Origin: a virus
Taxonomy: Duplodnaviria > Caudoviricetes
Reading direction: 5' to 3' (one strand)
Length of the DNA stretch: 28,273 nt
IMG/VR virus record: IMGVR_UViG_3300025508_000120
Coordinates: 1-28,273 of that record
Program-made: the position numbers and the translations under genes
In this document: in pieces, positions 14,288 through 24,690 of the stretch
Layout: each line of letters opens with the position of its first letter
Numbering within the stretch: position 1 is the first letter of the stretch
The notes under the pieces: model-generated
Database searches by the model: none
What the model saw: only the letters and a program-made list of their open reading frames with translations
What the model was told of the DNA's origin: nothing

Positions 14288-16635
14288 GTAGTACTTCCAT
14301 CTGTGTAGTACAAAAACCCATCTCCAGGATTTCTTATCTCATTACCACCATCTCCAAATCCACCACTCGCAGGAGAAGTAGTATTCGATGTTACCAATTG
14401 GTCAAATCTACCCTTACCTGTTTCTATTAGATCGGTCATTTTTTGCGCCACAATATAACCTGCCAACACATCTATGTCTTGCGAATCAATAGTTATAGAG
14501 GTCGCAGGTGTTGGTTGGTCACCATTCACCACAACTGTACCTATAGTCCTTAGATTTACGGGGTGTAATATGGCAAGATTATCACCATTAAATATAGCCT
14601 TACCAAGTGCATCTATCGATAGACTTGTGGTTGTCCCTGTGGAATTTGTATCAATAGTGCCAAGTTCATTGATTAGAACGTAATCCCTTGTCCACTTATC
14701 TTTATCGTACACATTCTTTTTAGGTAGCCCTATCTTATCATTTCCACGATATACATAACCATCCCCATCTTCTGCCTCTACTGATAATGCGCTCTTGTGT
14801 TGGACGAACTGAATCCATTCTCCGTTAAACTCATCGGTACGGCAATCTAACGTACCGCCATTAAAGAAGTACGTATCTGAATCATAGTAATAAACCTCGT
14901 TAAATCTTGGCATTTGTGGAGTGCCAACTACTAATGATTCGGGTACTTTGATAGTACCTTGCAAAACAGGTATAGGTCTGTCTTGTAGACTCATTGTTTC
15001 CAAACAAAGCGTTTTAGTTAATTCTACATCTGTTGTATACCCTGCATCCCACACTTCACTAAAAACCCATGTTGTACCCGTGCTGTTTACTTCAAAAGTA
15101 TTTTTACTACTAAAACCTTGTGATATATCACTTAACCTCGGTGTGCCGTAATCAACAGTTTTACTATTTTGTGTTCTTGGGTTTATTACCTTAAACTGCG
15201 ATTCTTGTATTATTTCATTATCTGTAAGTAGTGTGATGTTTATTGGATGTATAGATACCGTGTTGTCAAACACCCCAAAGTTAGATGTGTACTCCACATC
15301 TAATGTGCATCCCGTTTGAATTGATACGGGAAACTCAGGTGTCAAAACTCTTATGTACATCAAGCCTGTTCGATATAAAGTTGTTAAATCTACTGTTCTT
15401 GATACCACATCTGTAGGTGTGCCACTTGTCCACTCTACAATATCGGGAGTGGCTGCATCAGATTTTAACCTATACGAACCTGCTTCCAATGTCATCTTTA
15501 TATCAACTGTACTCCCCGTAAACTGTTGGAAGTCAGATAGCATTAATCTTAATTCTATATTTAGCGTATTGCCACTACCTGTACCACCTTTTAGTGTACC
15601 CAACTCAACATCTTGGGACATGGGACTTGTAGATGTTGTTAAGTCAATTATGCCACCGCCTGACTGCGCTATAGATGCTCTTGGAACACTATCTAATCGA
15701 ATTTCTTGCAAAGGTGTTAAATAAGTCCATCGGCAGTCACCTAATCTCTGCCATTGCGAACCCTCTGTCTGTCGTGGGCTTACTGTTTGATAACTTAGAA
15801 CGCTCAAAGTTTTAGATATACTTCTTTCATTGTAGCTTGATGTGCTGAAATTTCGCACTTGCTGAATGTAGTAACTACCTCCCGACATAAACATCCTACA
15901 ACTAAAGATAGTCAGTATGCTATTGATAACCTCTGCACACGTATAAGGTCTGTACTCAGGTACTGTTATACTTGTAGTTCCACCTGCGTGTGTTCTTGAT
16001 ATATTTCTTTCTCCTATTACTTCATCTGTAACAAATAAATATCTATCGCATCGTGTCTTTAAAAGTGGGCTGACACTTGTGCCAGTTACTGTTATCTGCG
16101 TGTCATAGAACTCGCATGACTCCTTAAAGTAAGCATCTGTACCTCCCCAATATTGACTAAGGTCGTTATATTCCAATGCCTCAAAGATGTAATCCAACAT
16201 CGTGTTTTGTGCTGGGTTTAAATCTGTTGTCGCAAAATCAAATTCAATGTCCGCAAGTCTACCAATACCATCTATTGCCGTAATGGTTAATAGTCTTGGC
16301 TTCGGCATATCTTCCCAACTAACTTGGTCAACCAAGATAACACCGCACCACTCTAAGTTATTTTGCTTTTTAACTACTAACTTAAATTGATCTTCATTAC
16401 CTGCGACAAGGTTAGCTATAAACGTGTCAACCTCTGCGCTATCATTTACAAGCGTAAAACTGCATCTACTTGCTTTCAAGGCTTCCATTATCGTATCGCC
16501 TTGTGATTCGTAACTGATTTTCAAATCATTGGTTATAACCGCTTTCGTTGTGCCACCAAAAGATTCGTTGTAAATCTCAATATCGTAGCTACCGCCATTG
16601 TCTGAGTAAAATTCGCTTGATAGTTGTACTCCCAT
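14257..16635 (-). CDS. Tail tip/hub-like structural protein
   Basis: 792 aa directly after the tape measure gene, beta-rich, TAATG-coupled. Confidence 0.7.
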   Translation of the reverse strand: MGVQLSSEFYSDNGGSYDIEIYNESFGGTTKAVITNDLKISYESQGDTIMEALKASRCSFTLVNDSAEVDTFIANLVAGNEDQFKLVVKKQNNLEWCGVILVDQVSWEDMPKPRLLTITAIDGIGRLADIEFDFATTDLNPAQNTMLDYIFEALEYNDLSQYWGGTDAYFKESCEFYDTQITVTGTSVSPLLKTRCDRYLFVTDEVIGERNISRTHAGGTTSITVPEYRPYTCAEVINSILTIFSCRMFMSGGSYYIQQVRNFSTSSYNERSISKTLSVLSYQTVSPRQTEGSQWQRLGDCRWTYLTPLQEIRLDSVPRASIAQSGGGIIDLTTSTSPMSQDVELGTLKGGTGSGNTLNIELRLMLSDFQQFTGSTVDIKMTLEAGSYRLKSDAATPDIVEWTSGTPTDVVSRTVDLTTLYRTGLMYIRVLTPEFPVSIQTGCTLDVEYTSNFGVFDNTVSIHPINITLLTDNEIIQESQFKVINPRTQNSKTVDYGTPRLSDISQGFSSKNTFEVNSTGTTWVFSEVWDAGYTTDVELTKTLCLETMSLQDRPIPVLQGTIKVPESLVVGTPQMPRFNEVYYYDSDTYFFNGGTLDCRTDEFNGEWIQFVQHKSALSVEAEDGDGYVYRGNDKIGLPKKNVYDKDKWTRDYVLINELGTIDTNSTGTTTSLSIDALGKAIFNGDNLAILHPVNLRTIGTVVVNGDQPTPATSITIDSQDIDVLAGYIVAQKMTDLIETGKGRFDQLVTSNTTSPASGGFGDGGNEIRNPGDGFLYYTDGSTTWQIEGNIVT

Positions 16636-19571
16636 TATTTACGTCTTGTTCTTTCTACTGTATTGTGTTGTCTGTTGCTGCTTAATAAAATGTCGTTGCC
16701 ATACACAACTGTTTCTAAGACAACAACGTTCTGACCACTACCATAATTGTTGCTGCTATTCAATTGACTTGAGTATCCACCATCTAAACCGCCACCGCCA
16801 TTTGCCTCCAAAGCCTTCTCTTCTTTTCTTTTGATGTGCTGCTTGATTGCACCACCTAATCCAACCATAATCGCACCTGCTGCTATCATGGCATGGCTAG
16901 GCGCACCTGTTTCTATAACCAACTTAGCCGTGCCATAAGCCATCATCATTGCTCCCAATTTGCTTATAAATTCACCGAAACTCTTCAATATATTATCTGC
17001 CCATCTATCGATAGCTTGAGTACTTCCGTTCAACTCTTGACCGATTGCATCTATTAATCCAACTACTTGTTCAGTCACGAAACTTTGTATCATCCCCGCC
17101 ATATTTTCCATGGTGTCCTTTAGCCTCTGCTCTGCATCTGTCAAATTCTCAGTCAACCCATTTGTAGTCTCGTAATCTAATTTGGCGATGGCTAATTGTA
17201 TAGCTGATACGTCCTTGCCGTACTTCTCATATATTGCGAGTTTTTTGTCAAGATAATCTTGGTCGTTCTTTAAATTACCTGCCTCTAACTCATCTTTTGT
17301 TTTTGCGGTTTCGAGCAACTTGGCTTCCGTTTCATTAGCCAACTTATCAAGAGCAGCCATCTCTTGGTCGAATCTCTCCTCCTTCTTCTTTTTGTTGTAG
17401 TCGTTGGTTATTTGAGCGACCTCTTGGTCTATCCTAATCTGTTCTGCTGCTAATAGTTTCTCACGTTGGATTTTTAAATCGTCACCTTTATTTTCTTCTT
17501 CTATTTCCCTCTTCTTGATTTCAGAATGGAACTTAGCGGTTTCTATTAGTCGCTTCTTCTCGTTTTTTCCATTCTCTATCTCCATCAACCTTAATTGGTC
17601 TGCCCACTTTAAGCGTTTCTTGGCTAATTTCTCCTCATCTTCTTCCGTACCTGTTGGGTCAAACTTACTTGTCTCAATGTCAACTTCGGGTTGATTCGTT
17701 AACACCGCACCCTCTTTCGCTAATAGTTTTATGTTGTCCTCTATGGCATAACCCTTCGCTTTTAGTAAGTCTACTTGTTTTTGATATTCTTGATTAACAT
17801 CTGTTACATTTTTATCTTCTTGGTATGGAGAATCATCGGTGGTGGTGGTTTCTATTGCCTCTACATTGATTTCACGACCCGCATACCCATCTTCACGCAA
17901 GTCATTATTCTCTTTTTGTTTGGAGGCTACCGCAGCAAGTTGGTCTTCCTCTGCCTTTGCGATTGCAATATTATTCTGTATTTGCGCTTCAAATTGTTCA
18001 GCTAACAGTTTATTTGCTGCTTGTGCTTTAGCCTTTTTGCGCAACACCCCAATGTACGTCTCAATACTACTCGTTACTTTCTTTGTGTTTACATTCTCAA
18101 GTGTTATACCCTTTATGTAATCAGGGTTGATATTATTTAACTTCTTTATGGCACTTAGTCTAAACCTCTTCGCTTTTGTCTCATCTCGTGCTACGGATAG
18201 TAATTCTTTGACTCTAAAAACTTCCTTTTGTATCAACCCAACGGTACGTTTAGATAACTCCCTACTCGCATCTAAAACTACATTTTCCTTCCTTACCGCC
18301 TCTGCTCTATCCTTCCGAGCCTTCGTGACTCTGTATATTAAAGTACCCAAAAGAGTGAGTCCACCTATAAGTAAACCAAGTGGACCAAGTGAACCCGTTA
18401 TGGCAACTCCCATCGAATTAAGTACGGGTACTAATGAGGCTACCGCCATGTTTATACTACCCAATACCAATAGCAGCGGTCCAGCCACGGTGAGTAACCC
18501 CGCCACTACACCAATAAATTTCTTACTACCATCGCTAAGATTAACAAACCAATCTGATAGCTTTATAATTCGTTGAGTGAATTTTGTTATCATAGGGGTT
18601 AAAGATGTACCGATATCTATAGCAACACCCTCTAACGCTGACTTCATTCTTAATAATGCCCCATTTAACGTGTTGTCCATTATCTTAGCCATCGCTTTTG
18701 CTGCACCATCTGAGTTAGCAAAACTTTTAGTCATTTTGTCTATCTCATCTACGTTGTCAGCTATAATCGTAGCTACTGTTGCACCACGCTTACCAAACAA
18801 CTCCATCGCTAATGATAGCGGATTGGTGCTTGATTTCAGCTGCTTCATTGCATCTGCCCAACTCAAACCATTCTCAGCTAAGTCAAGGTATATGTTCCTC
18901 AACGAAACACCCGATGTACCCGCATCTACACCCCTATCTGTAAGTATCCCCAATATGGATGCTGCTTCTTCTAATGATACGTTAGCTTTGTTCGCTACGG
19001 GCGCAACCACCGCCATAGCAGTACTAAACTTATGTAAGTCTAATGCACTACTTGAAAACGACTTCGCCATGACATCGGCTACGTGACCCGAATCTTGAGC
19101 AGTTAAGTTAAAGCCCTTGATCGTAGCTGCAACAGTTGTAGCTGAATCTGACAAGTCTTCACCCGTGGCTAAAGCCAAGTCTAATATAGATGCCGTAGCT
19201 GCCTTTATCTCAGTAGGGTCGAATCCTAACTTCGATAGATTTAACTGCAAAGATGCTACTTGCGATGCCGTATACCTCGTGGTTCGACCCAAATCAAGTG
19301 CATTTTTATTAAGCATCTCAAACTGCTTACCCGTAGCACCTGAGATAGCCTTCACTTTAGCCATCGCTTGTTCAAACTCAGCGGTTGTCTTTGTGGCAGC
19401 TAATCCAACACCCACCAATGGTAGGGTTAGAGACTTACTCATAGATGTACCTAATCGTTTCAACTTCCTACCTTGCTTACGCAGAGTTCGTTGAACCTTT
19501 TTTATCTCAGATGTAAACATCTTCGAGTCTGCACCTATCTTTATGTTTATGGTATTCTTCTTGTTAGCCAT
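16635..19571 (-). CDS. Tail tape measure protein (TP901-family core)
   Basis: FEQAMAKVKAISGAT..., central hydrophobic segments, long coiled coil; 978 aa. Confidence 0.95.
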   Translation of the reverse strand: MANKKNTINIKIGADSKMFTSEIKKVQRTLRKQGRKLKRLGTSMSKSLTLPLVGVGLAATKTTAEFEQAMAKVKAISGATGKQFEMLNKNALDLGRTTRYTASQVASLQLNLSKLGFDPTEIKAATASILDLALATGEDLSDSATTVAATIKGFNLTAQDSGHVADVMAKSFSSSALDLHKFSTAMAVVAPVANKANVSLEEAASILGILTDRGVDAGTSGVSLRNIYLDLAENGLSWADAMKQLKSSTNPLSLAMELFGKRGATVATIIADNVDEIDKMTKSFANSDGAAKAMAKIMDNTLNGALLRMKSALEGVAIDIGTSLTPMITKFTQRIIKLSDWFVNLSDGSKKFIGVVAGLLTVAGPLLLVLGSINMAVASLVPVLNSMGVAITGSLGPLGLLIGGLTLLGTLIYRVTKARKDRAEAVRKENVVLDASRELSKRTVGLIQKEVFRVKELLSVARDETKAKRFRLSAIKKLNNINPDYIKGITLENVNTKKVTSSIETYIGVLRKKAKAQAANKLLAEQFEAQIQNNIAIAKAEEDQLAAVASKQKENNDLREDGYAGREINVEAIETTTTDDSPYQEDKNVTDVNQEYQKQVDLLKAKGYAIEDNIKLLAKEGAVLTNQPEVDIETSKFDPTGTEEDEEKLAKKRLKWADQLRLMEIENGKNEKKRLIETAKFHSEIKKREIEEENKGDDLKIQREKLLAAEQIRIDQEVAQITNDYNKKKKEERFDQEMAALDKLANETEAKLLETAKTKDELEAGNLKNDQDYLDKKLAIYEKYGKDVSAIQLAIAKLDYETTNGLTENLTDAEQRLKDTMENMAGMIQSFVTEQVVGLIDAIGQELNGSTQAIDRWADNILKSFGEFISKLGAMMMAYGTAKLVIETGAPSHAMIAAGAIMVGLGGAIKQHIKRKEEKALEANGGGGLDGGYSSQLNSSNNYGSGQNVVVLETVVYGNDILLSSNRQHNTVERTRRK

Positions 19572-19884
19572 CTATAAACTTTAACTTGCCCTTTGGGTAT
19601 TTCTCCATAATTTTTTTGTTCTCAGTCAATATGTCTTCGACTGTAGTACTCTTCTCCCAACTAAACTTAACCAAATCCATTGGTTTTTTTAGTTGTTTGC
19701 GCACTTCATTGCTTGTAGACCACCAACTCACGAATCGGTGTTGCTCCCAACTCTCTCTGCTACCTTGTTCAGACCTTGTCAACATCCCATCGACAGTTAG
19801 CCCAAACTCTCTTGGAGTTAGGTCGTAGTAATTTGAGATTCCCCAATACGCTGCGCTACGTACAAGGGAATCCCAATAATCTAC
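19564..19884 (-). CDS. Tail chaperone gpT-like moiety reached by -1 frameshift
   Basis: The -1 frame is open from the slippery site: VDYWDSLVRSAAYWGISNYYDLTPREFGLTVDG, continuing in frame into track ORF 19564..19785. Confidence 0.85.
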   Translation of the reverse strand, partial: VDYWDSLVRSAAYWGISNYYDLTPREFGLTVDGMLTRSEQGSRESWEQHRFVSWWSTSNEVRKQLKKPMDLVKFSWEKSTTVEDILTENKKIMEKYPKGKLKFIDG

Positions 19885-20201
19885 TTTTTTTCGGTATCGG
19901 AACTTTCGGATTCTTCACCGTTAATAATTTTCATCTCCTCTGCTATCGCATCTCCAATAGTGTTCAAACCCGAAAAGTCATCATCAAGCAAATCTTCAAA
20001 ATCCTCTAATGAAATAGAGTCTTTGCTATCGCTAAATTTATAACCTGCGTTTACACCATTTTTGCCAAAGATAGCTAAGTGTGAAAAATCTAAGTTATCC
20101 ATAGTATGTATAGATAACCCTGTCTCTGCTAAAGAACCCTTTAATGCTCTGTAGCTTAATCTGAATGGTAATTTCTTACCGTTTATAGTGATGTTTCTCA
20201 T
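19881..20201 (-). CDS. Tail assembly chaperone (gpG-like)
   Basis: Lies between major tail and tape measure genes; ITINGK.LP N-terminus; ends at the slippery site. Confidence 0.85.
   Translation of the reverse strand: MRNITINGKKLPFRLSYRALKGSLAETGLSIHTMDNLDFSHLAIFGKNGVNAGYKFSDSKDSISLEDFEDLLDDDFSGLNTIGDAIAEEMKIINGEESESSDTEKK
19884..19890 (-). promoter_or_regulatory. Programmed -1 frameshift heptamer A AAA AAG
   Basis: GAA AAA AAG TAG at the end of the chaperone ORF, in correct X XXY YYZ phase. Confidence 0.85.
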
Positions 20202-20203
20202 GA

Positions 20204-20617
20204 TTATGTTATAGTCGCTTTAGTTGGATCACCTGTTGATTGGAATGATACTGATACCGATACCACATCATTCGCAGGATTACTCTTTGTTGCAGATGTT
20301 ACATACGCAGAAGATGTGTATTTCTCATCACCTATTTCTCCCGACATATCCACTACAGTCAACGCAGTACCGTTTAACCACGCAGTATAAATTTGCTCAA
20401 ACCCTTGTGCTGAATCATTATCAAACAAGAACTCAGCGTTAAAACTGTTACTTCTAAGTCCTGGAATGATTTCAGTCGCTCCCGAACTATCTTTTGTTGT
20501 TACATCAATTGAACTCATTTCAATTGAAAAATCACTACTCCTACCAAGTGATATAAGGTCTGTGCCTATATATAACCCAATGGTATTTCCATTAATTACT
20601 CCACTACTTACTGCCAT
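20204..20617 (-). CDS. Major tail tube protein (TP901-1-like)
   Basis: IDVTTKDS.G..E.IPG ... YV.S ... SVSFQSTG.P. Confidence 0.88.
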   Translation of the reverse strand: MAVSSGVINGNTIGLYIGTDLISLGRSSDFSIEMSSIDVTTKDSSGATEIIPGLRSNSFNAEFLFDNDSAQGFEQIYTAWLNGTALTVVDMSGEIGDEKYTSSAYVTSATKSNPANDVVSVSVSFQSTGDPTKATIT

Positions 20618-20846
20618 CTTTTTCTAATTTTTTAGTTGTTTTTATTGTTTTGTTTTCTTCGTTAGCCTTTGCTTCGGCAGCTAACTTCGCCTTTAATCCT
20701 GAGTTCTTTGGACTACCAAAGTGTCCATCTTCTGCCAAGACTTCAAAATCCTTATAACTGTGACCCTTTGAGGTCTCAATTATCCGACCTGCCTTTAGCA
20801 CTTTGCCTTGTGCGGTCTTGTGGTTTTTAGTTAATCTAATTATCAT
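20604..20846 (-). CDS. Small basic hypothetical protein
   Basis: 80-aa ORF filling the gap between tail completion and major tail genes. Confidence 0.7.
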   Translation of the reverse strand: MIIRLTKNHKTAQGKVLKAGRIIETSKGHSYKDFEVLAEDGHFGSPKNSGLKAKLAAEAKANEENKTIKTTKKLEKDGSK

Positions 20847-21242
20847 TTATGTGTTCTTAATCGTTATAACATATCCTTGTGATACATGGTGACTATTATG
20901 GTCAGGTATGTACCCTCTATAATCCTCTCCATCAAACAAAGTCTCATCTATATTGAAACCTGTAAAAACTCCCTTGCTTCTGTTCAAAGCAGCCTTCACT
21001 AAGTCAGCTATAGTAGCTGCCTCTTTATATTTACTTGCAAATATGTCAACTTCAAAATTGCATATTTGCCAAAACTCCAACCCCTTTGTGTTATCGGGTG
21101 AAGTGTATGACCTTGAGTAAATCAGGCATGGGTTGGGTGTATCTTGAGGTGCATTACCTGCGAACATACTTGTAGCTGGTAAGACATCTGTCAAGTCCGT
21201 GTTCCCACTTAATATACTATATACTGCTTGTTCTATTATCAT
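20847..21242 (-). CDS. Tail completion/terminator protein (DUF3168-like)
   Basis: IEQAVYSIL...APQ...P.LIY...VDIFA..Y..A..IA..V..AL, plus synteny. Confidence 0.8.
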   Translation of the reverse strand: MIIEQAVYSILSGNTDLTDVLPATSMFAGNAPQDTPNPCLIYSRSYTSPDNTKGLEFWQICNFEVDIFASKYKEAATIADLVKAALNRSKGVFTGFNIDETLFDGEDYRGYIPDHNSHHVSQGYVITIKNT

Positions 21243-21724
21243 CTTACTTCAAATCCCAATCTTGTTGCGTTCTTCTTTATATACTTACTAACGGCATCTG
21301 TCGTTGAGGAGGATATTGTCCCACTTACTTGTGAGAATGCCTTCTCTACATAGTCGTTTCTTCCATCCTTTATTCTTCTTGTACCCTTTTGTACAAAGTA
21401 TCCATAGTACCCCGAACCTACCGCCTTCTTTACTTGCGCCCCTGTGAAAACCGCAGGGAAATTTCTACTCTTTCCTGTGAACTTCTTTATACTTCGCTTT
21501 AAGTTTCCAGGCTTAAACTTAATGGAGTTATCTCTATGGTAAGTAATGGTTCGCCGCACACCCTTTGCATTGGGTTTTATTATTGGCGCATTCTCCTTTA
21601 AAGCCTTAGTTGCAGGGTGTATTTGTCTTCTAAATATCTTCAACATCTCTTGTCGCTTCAAAGAGTCATCCAGCTCTTTAAGTGACCACAAAACGTCTTC
21701 TATACCCTCTATCTCTATCTCCAT
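21239..21724 (-). CDS. HK97 gp10-like neck/tail component
   Basis: IEGIE.V...L..L, AP, GNLKRSI, YG.FV.KGT. Confidence 0.85.
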   Translation of the reverse strand: MEIEIEGIEDVLWSLKELDDSLKRQEMLKIFRRQIHPATKALKENAPIIKPNAKGVRRTITYHRDNSIKFKPGNLKRSIKKFTGKSRNFPAVFTGAQVKKAVGSGYYGYFVQKGTRRIKDGRNDYVEKAFSQVSGTISSSTTDAVSKYIKKNATRLGFEVR

Positions 21725-22044
21725 TAATACTTAGCCGTACAAGTTATCTCTTGTGATTCTCTGAATCCTAATTCCTTTATAATCATTATGTCGTACTGAA
21801 CTGAGTTCAATTCTAATACGTGATCTTGGGTTAAACCCGATATGTAGTATGCAGTCTTAAAGATAGTTGTGGTTGTAGCCGTGTCTCTCAACTGCTCCAT
21901 ACCCTCTCTACCTGACATATCTCTTTTAGACATATATACCTTTGCTAACTCTGTGTAGCTAATTGTGTTACCACCAATATCATCTTTGGTGTTAGTTACT
22001 GACTTAACAGTTACGTAGTGTGGATATAAACCTCTATCCATCAT
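21724..22044 (-). CDS. Head-tail adaptor/closure protein (SPP1 gp16-like)
   Basis: D..GG.....W-like turn, SGRE, YDI..I, plus synteny. Confidence 0.8.
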   Translation of the reverse strand: MMDRGLYPHYVTVKSVTNTKDDIGGNTISYTELAKVYMSKRDMSGREGMEQLRDTATTTTIFKTAYYISGLTQDHVLELNSVQYDIMIIKELGFRESQEITCTAKY

Positions 22045-22622
22045 TGTGCAAAGTCTCTTAGTGTTATGTTTCTGATAATGGCTCTTGCTGAGTTTGGAAT
22101 AACTACTTCGTGTACATTCACACCCAATGTCATTGAGTTTCTTGTATTGAAGAAATCTGCCACAAGTATGTTTACCAACTGTAGAATAGAGTCATCTACC
22201 TTGTAGTAATCTAAGTACCCACATTTAAAAGCCACCTCTATATTGTCATAAGGGTTGTCTCTCAAAGATGGTGTATTCTCAAAATGAATCCGTGCAAAAT
22301 TCCCATTTAAGCTAACATAGTAATCAGTATCTTCTACCATGGTCTGTAAATTACCATCTATATCGTAGTATTTAATCGATGTTATCTCAGTAATTGGGTT
22401 TCGCTTAATAACTAAATCTGTTTGCCATTTATCTAAGTATGCAGTATAAGATGCACTCTGCACGTATCGCCAAGTTTCTTGTGCAATAAAGTCCACCGCA
22501 GCATTGATGTATGTCTCAATGAGTCCATTTTCCTCATCGTATCCATTGACTCTCAAATGCTCCTTTACTATCTGTAATGGGACTGCCGTTCCGCTTGGTT
22601 TTTGTGTTCTTATTACTCTCAT
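22041..22622 (-). CDS. Head-tail connector (gp6-like, long form)
   Basis: VPL..VKEHLRV, YI.AA, P...ITSIKYYD.DG, F.CGY. Confidence 0.88.
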   Translation of the reverse strand: MRVIRTQKPSGTAVPLQIVKEHLRVNGYDEENGLIETYINAAVDFIAQETWRYVQSASYTAYLDKWQTDLVIKRNPITEITSIKYYDIDGNLQTMVEDTDYYVSLNGNFARIHFENTPSLRDNPYDNIEVAFKCGYLDYYKVDDSILQLVNILVADFFNTRNSMTLGVNVHEVVIPNSARAIIRNITLRDFAQ

Positions 22623-22628
22623 ACTCTT

Positions 22629-22667
22629 AAAAAAAGGTTGGGTTCATGCCGAAACACTCCCCCAACC
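22629..22667 (-). terminator. Rho-independent terminator after the capsid genes
   Basis: GGTTGGG/CCCAACC stem, inner TTCG loop, 7-U tail. Confidence 0.75.
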
Positions 22668-22676
22668 ATCACTAAC

Positions 22677-22823
22677 TCACTTTTTCTTTTTTATTGCTTT
22701 TACTTCTGTTGCAAATCCCTTACCAATAAGTTCTTCGCCAACCTTGTCAGATACCTCTACCTCTTGGTGCTTATAGGCATTGATACCAAACTGAAACAAA
22801 GCGTTTATAGCTTTAATTTTCAT
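22677..22823 (-). CDS. Small post-capsid protein, 48 aa (missing from the ORF track)
   Basis: Hand translation MKIKAINALFQFGINAYKHQEVEVSDKVGEELIGKGFATEVKAIKKKK; TAATG overlap with the capsid stop. Confidence 0.8.
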   Translation of the reverse strand: MKIKAINALFQFGINAYKHQEVEVSDKVGEELIGKGFATEVKAIKKKK

Positions 22824-24103
22824 TAGGCTGTAAGTGAAGTAAACTTAGTAAATGCAGCACCTTGCACTAATGACCAATCCACGTTAGAGTTTACAACCAG
22901 TCTTACTTGGTCATTACCTGCTACTGTGTAAGGGTCTACCAAGATGTTTAGACCGCCCCAACGTCCAAAATGAACTCTTGAGAAGTCTCCAAAGATTGCA
23001 TCTCCTGAAGTACCTGCTACCTTTGTGTTTCCTGTGCTAAAGAATGCATTCATTCCGTTAATTGTGTATTGGTTATATCCACCGCTTGTTACTGTTGGAG
23101 AAATACCTGCTACATTAACACCTGCTAAAATATCAGCGATTAACTCAGTTGAACCAACATAAGAGTGGTTACCTGTCAATCCATGATCGTTTGCAACCGT
23201 TTTCAAAGCCGCTAAGTAATCTTTAGCTACCGAAGTACCGTAAGCGTATGTCGCTGCTTCTGTGAATGTCAATACTCCTGAAGTTGCCGCTAACGATGCA
23301 GGTGCATTTGTTACACTTGCAGTTGAGAACATTGCAGTATTAATCAATTCTGCTTCTGAACGTCCCAAGTCTGTCATTACTGCATTCATAGCTGCATTAC
23401 CATTTTGCGCTAAAACTCGGTTAGATACATCAACATAACCTGTCAATCTCACTGGCGCAAGAGTGTCTTTTGTGAAGTTTGCTCCACCGTCCGCTGCGCT
23501 GCTATTCTCAGAAGTAGACCATGATAAAGTTTGCTTAGCCGTTACAGGTAACTTCATGTCACCCATTAAACCGTTGTACACATTGATTCCTGGAATATTT
23601 GCATAAACTGCATTCTCACGAAGTGCATCGCTATACGCTCCAACTGTTACAGGCTGAATAGCCGAAGTAGCTTGGTCGATGTCCGTTCTTTTTTCCATGA
23701 ATTTAGATGGGATAACGATACGCATTCCACCTGACTCAATACCTGCATTTCGGGCTTCGTTGATTCCCTCTTGAATCATCTCTTTCTCTGCTCCGTTTAA
23801 TTGACCATTGCTTGTCAATGAACGAACCGCTTTAGCCATGTCAAATGACTCAGAAAGTTGCTTCTCTTCTTTGTTTGTCGATTGAACCGAACCACCTGCA
23901 CGTTTTGCTGCTGCTAATGTAGCACTCTCACGCTTTTCAGTTGACTCAATTTCGTTTCCTAATGCTTCCATTCTTTCGATTAATTCATCGAATTTTGTCG
24001 CATCTTCTTGGGTCATTTCTGTACCCTCGTACTTATTTCTAAGTGTAAGAATTTCGCCATCAACTAGACCGCGATCTTCTCTTAATTGTTTACTTGATTT
24101 CAT
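22823..24103 (-). CDS. Major capsid protein, HK97 family, with N-terminal delta (scaffold) domain
   Basis: Coiled-coil N-terminus, FGDFS, WGGLNILVDPYT; follows the protease. Confidence 0.95.
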   Translation of the reverse strand: MKSSKQLREDRGLVDGEILTLRNKYEGTEMTQEDATKFDELIERMEALGNEIESTEKRESATLAAAKRAGGSVQSTNKEEKQLSESFDMAKAVRSLTSNGQLNGAEKEMIQEGINEARNAGIESGGMRIVIPSKFMEKRTDIDQATSAIQPVTVGAYSDALRENAVYANIPGINVYNGLMGDMKLPVTAKQTLSWSTSENSSAADGGANFTKDTLAPVRLTGYVDVSNRVLAQNGNAAMNAVMTDLGRSEAELINTAMFSTASVTNAPASLAATSGVLTFTEAATYAYGTSVAKDYLAALKTVANDHGLTGNHSYVGSTELIADILAGVNVAGISPTVTSGGYNQYTINGMNAFFSTGNTKVAGTSGDAIFGDFSRVHFGRWGGLNILVDPYTVAGNDQVRLVVNSNVDWSLVQGAAFTKFTSLTA

Positions 24104-24690
24104 ATTTTACTTCGTAAATGTTTATATTTAAGTTCTTTGTCTAAGACACTAACCATCTTAGGCTTTTTTTCTTCTTTAATGTTTTCTAAGTCACGCTTTG
24201 CAACCGAGGTGTCGGGATATGCAGGTGTCGTTACTGGCCCAAGTTCAATAAGCCTATCAACTTGTGTGATAACACGCTCATCTACATCTTCGCCTTCTGT
24301 CCACGTTGAGCCATTCTTGGCTACTGTGAACATAAAACTTGACCCTTTGACGTTGCCATTCCTAACATTTTCTAACAAGTCATTCCCTGCCGTTGTTTTA
24401 GGTGCTTCAAAGCTATATTTTAGCCCTCTTTCGTCCACTTCCAACTTCAATGTGTCGCTATCTGCTCTCGCTAAAACGTTGTCGAAGTTGTGGTTGAATG
24501 TTGCTATCACGTTCGACATATCTACGTTGTCAAACGAACTGCGCTCCATCTTCTCTTTAAACCACCCTAAGTTGTGTGACCATCGGTTAAAAACTGCACC
24601 ATAGCCTTCTATTGTACGGCTCTCCTCGCCATCCTCATTCATTCGGATTTCTATAGAACCCTCTAAGGTTCTCCGTTCTTGATTATTCAT
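24100..24690 (-). CDS. HK97-family prohead protease
   Basis: IEGYGAVFN, FNH, DERGLKY, GSSF.F, VTTPAYPDT. Confidence 0.95.
   Translation of the reverse strand: MNNQERRTLEGSIEIRMNEDGEESRTIEGYGAVFNRWSHNLGWFKEKMERSSFDNVDMSNVIATFNHNFDNVLARADSDTLKLEVDERGLKYSFEAPKTTAGNDLLENVRNGNVKGSSFMFTVAKNGSTWTEGEDVDERVITQVDRLIELGPVTTPAYPDTSVAKRDLENIKEEKKPKMVSVLDKELKYKHLRSKI

Noticed and set aside
17775-19494. Chain of long plus-strand ORFs opposite the tape measure gene
   Set aside because: Antisense shadows caused by codon bias of the Ala/Leu/Lys-rich minus-strand gene; no recognisable motifs.
22602-22826. 74-aa plus-strand ORF after the capsid gene
   Set aside because: The same DNA holds a TAATG-coupled 48-aa minus-strand ORF and a terminator.
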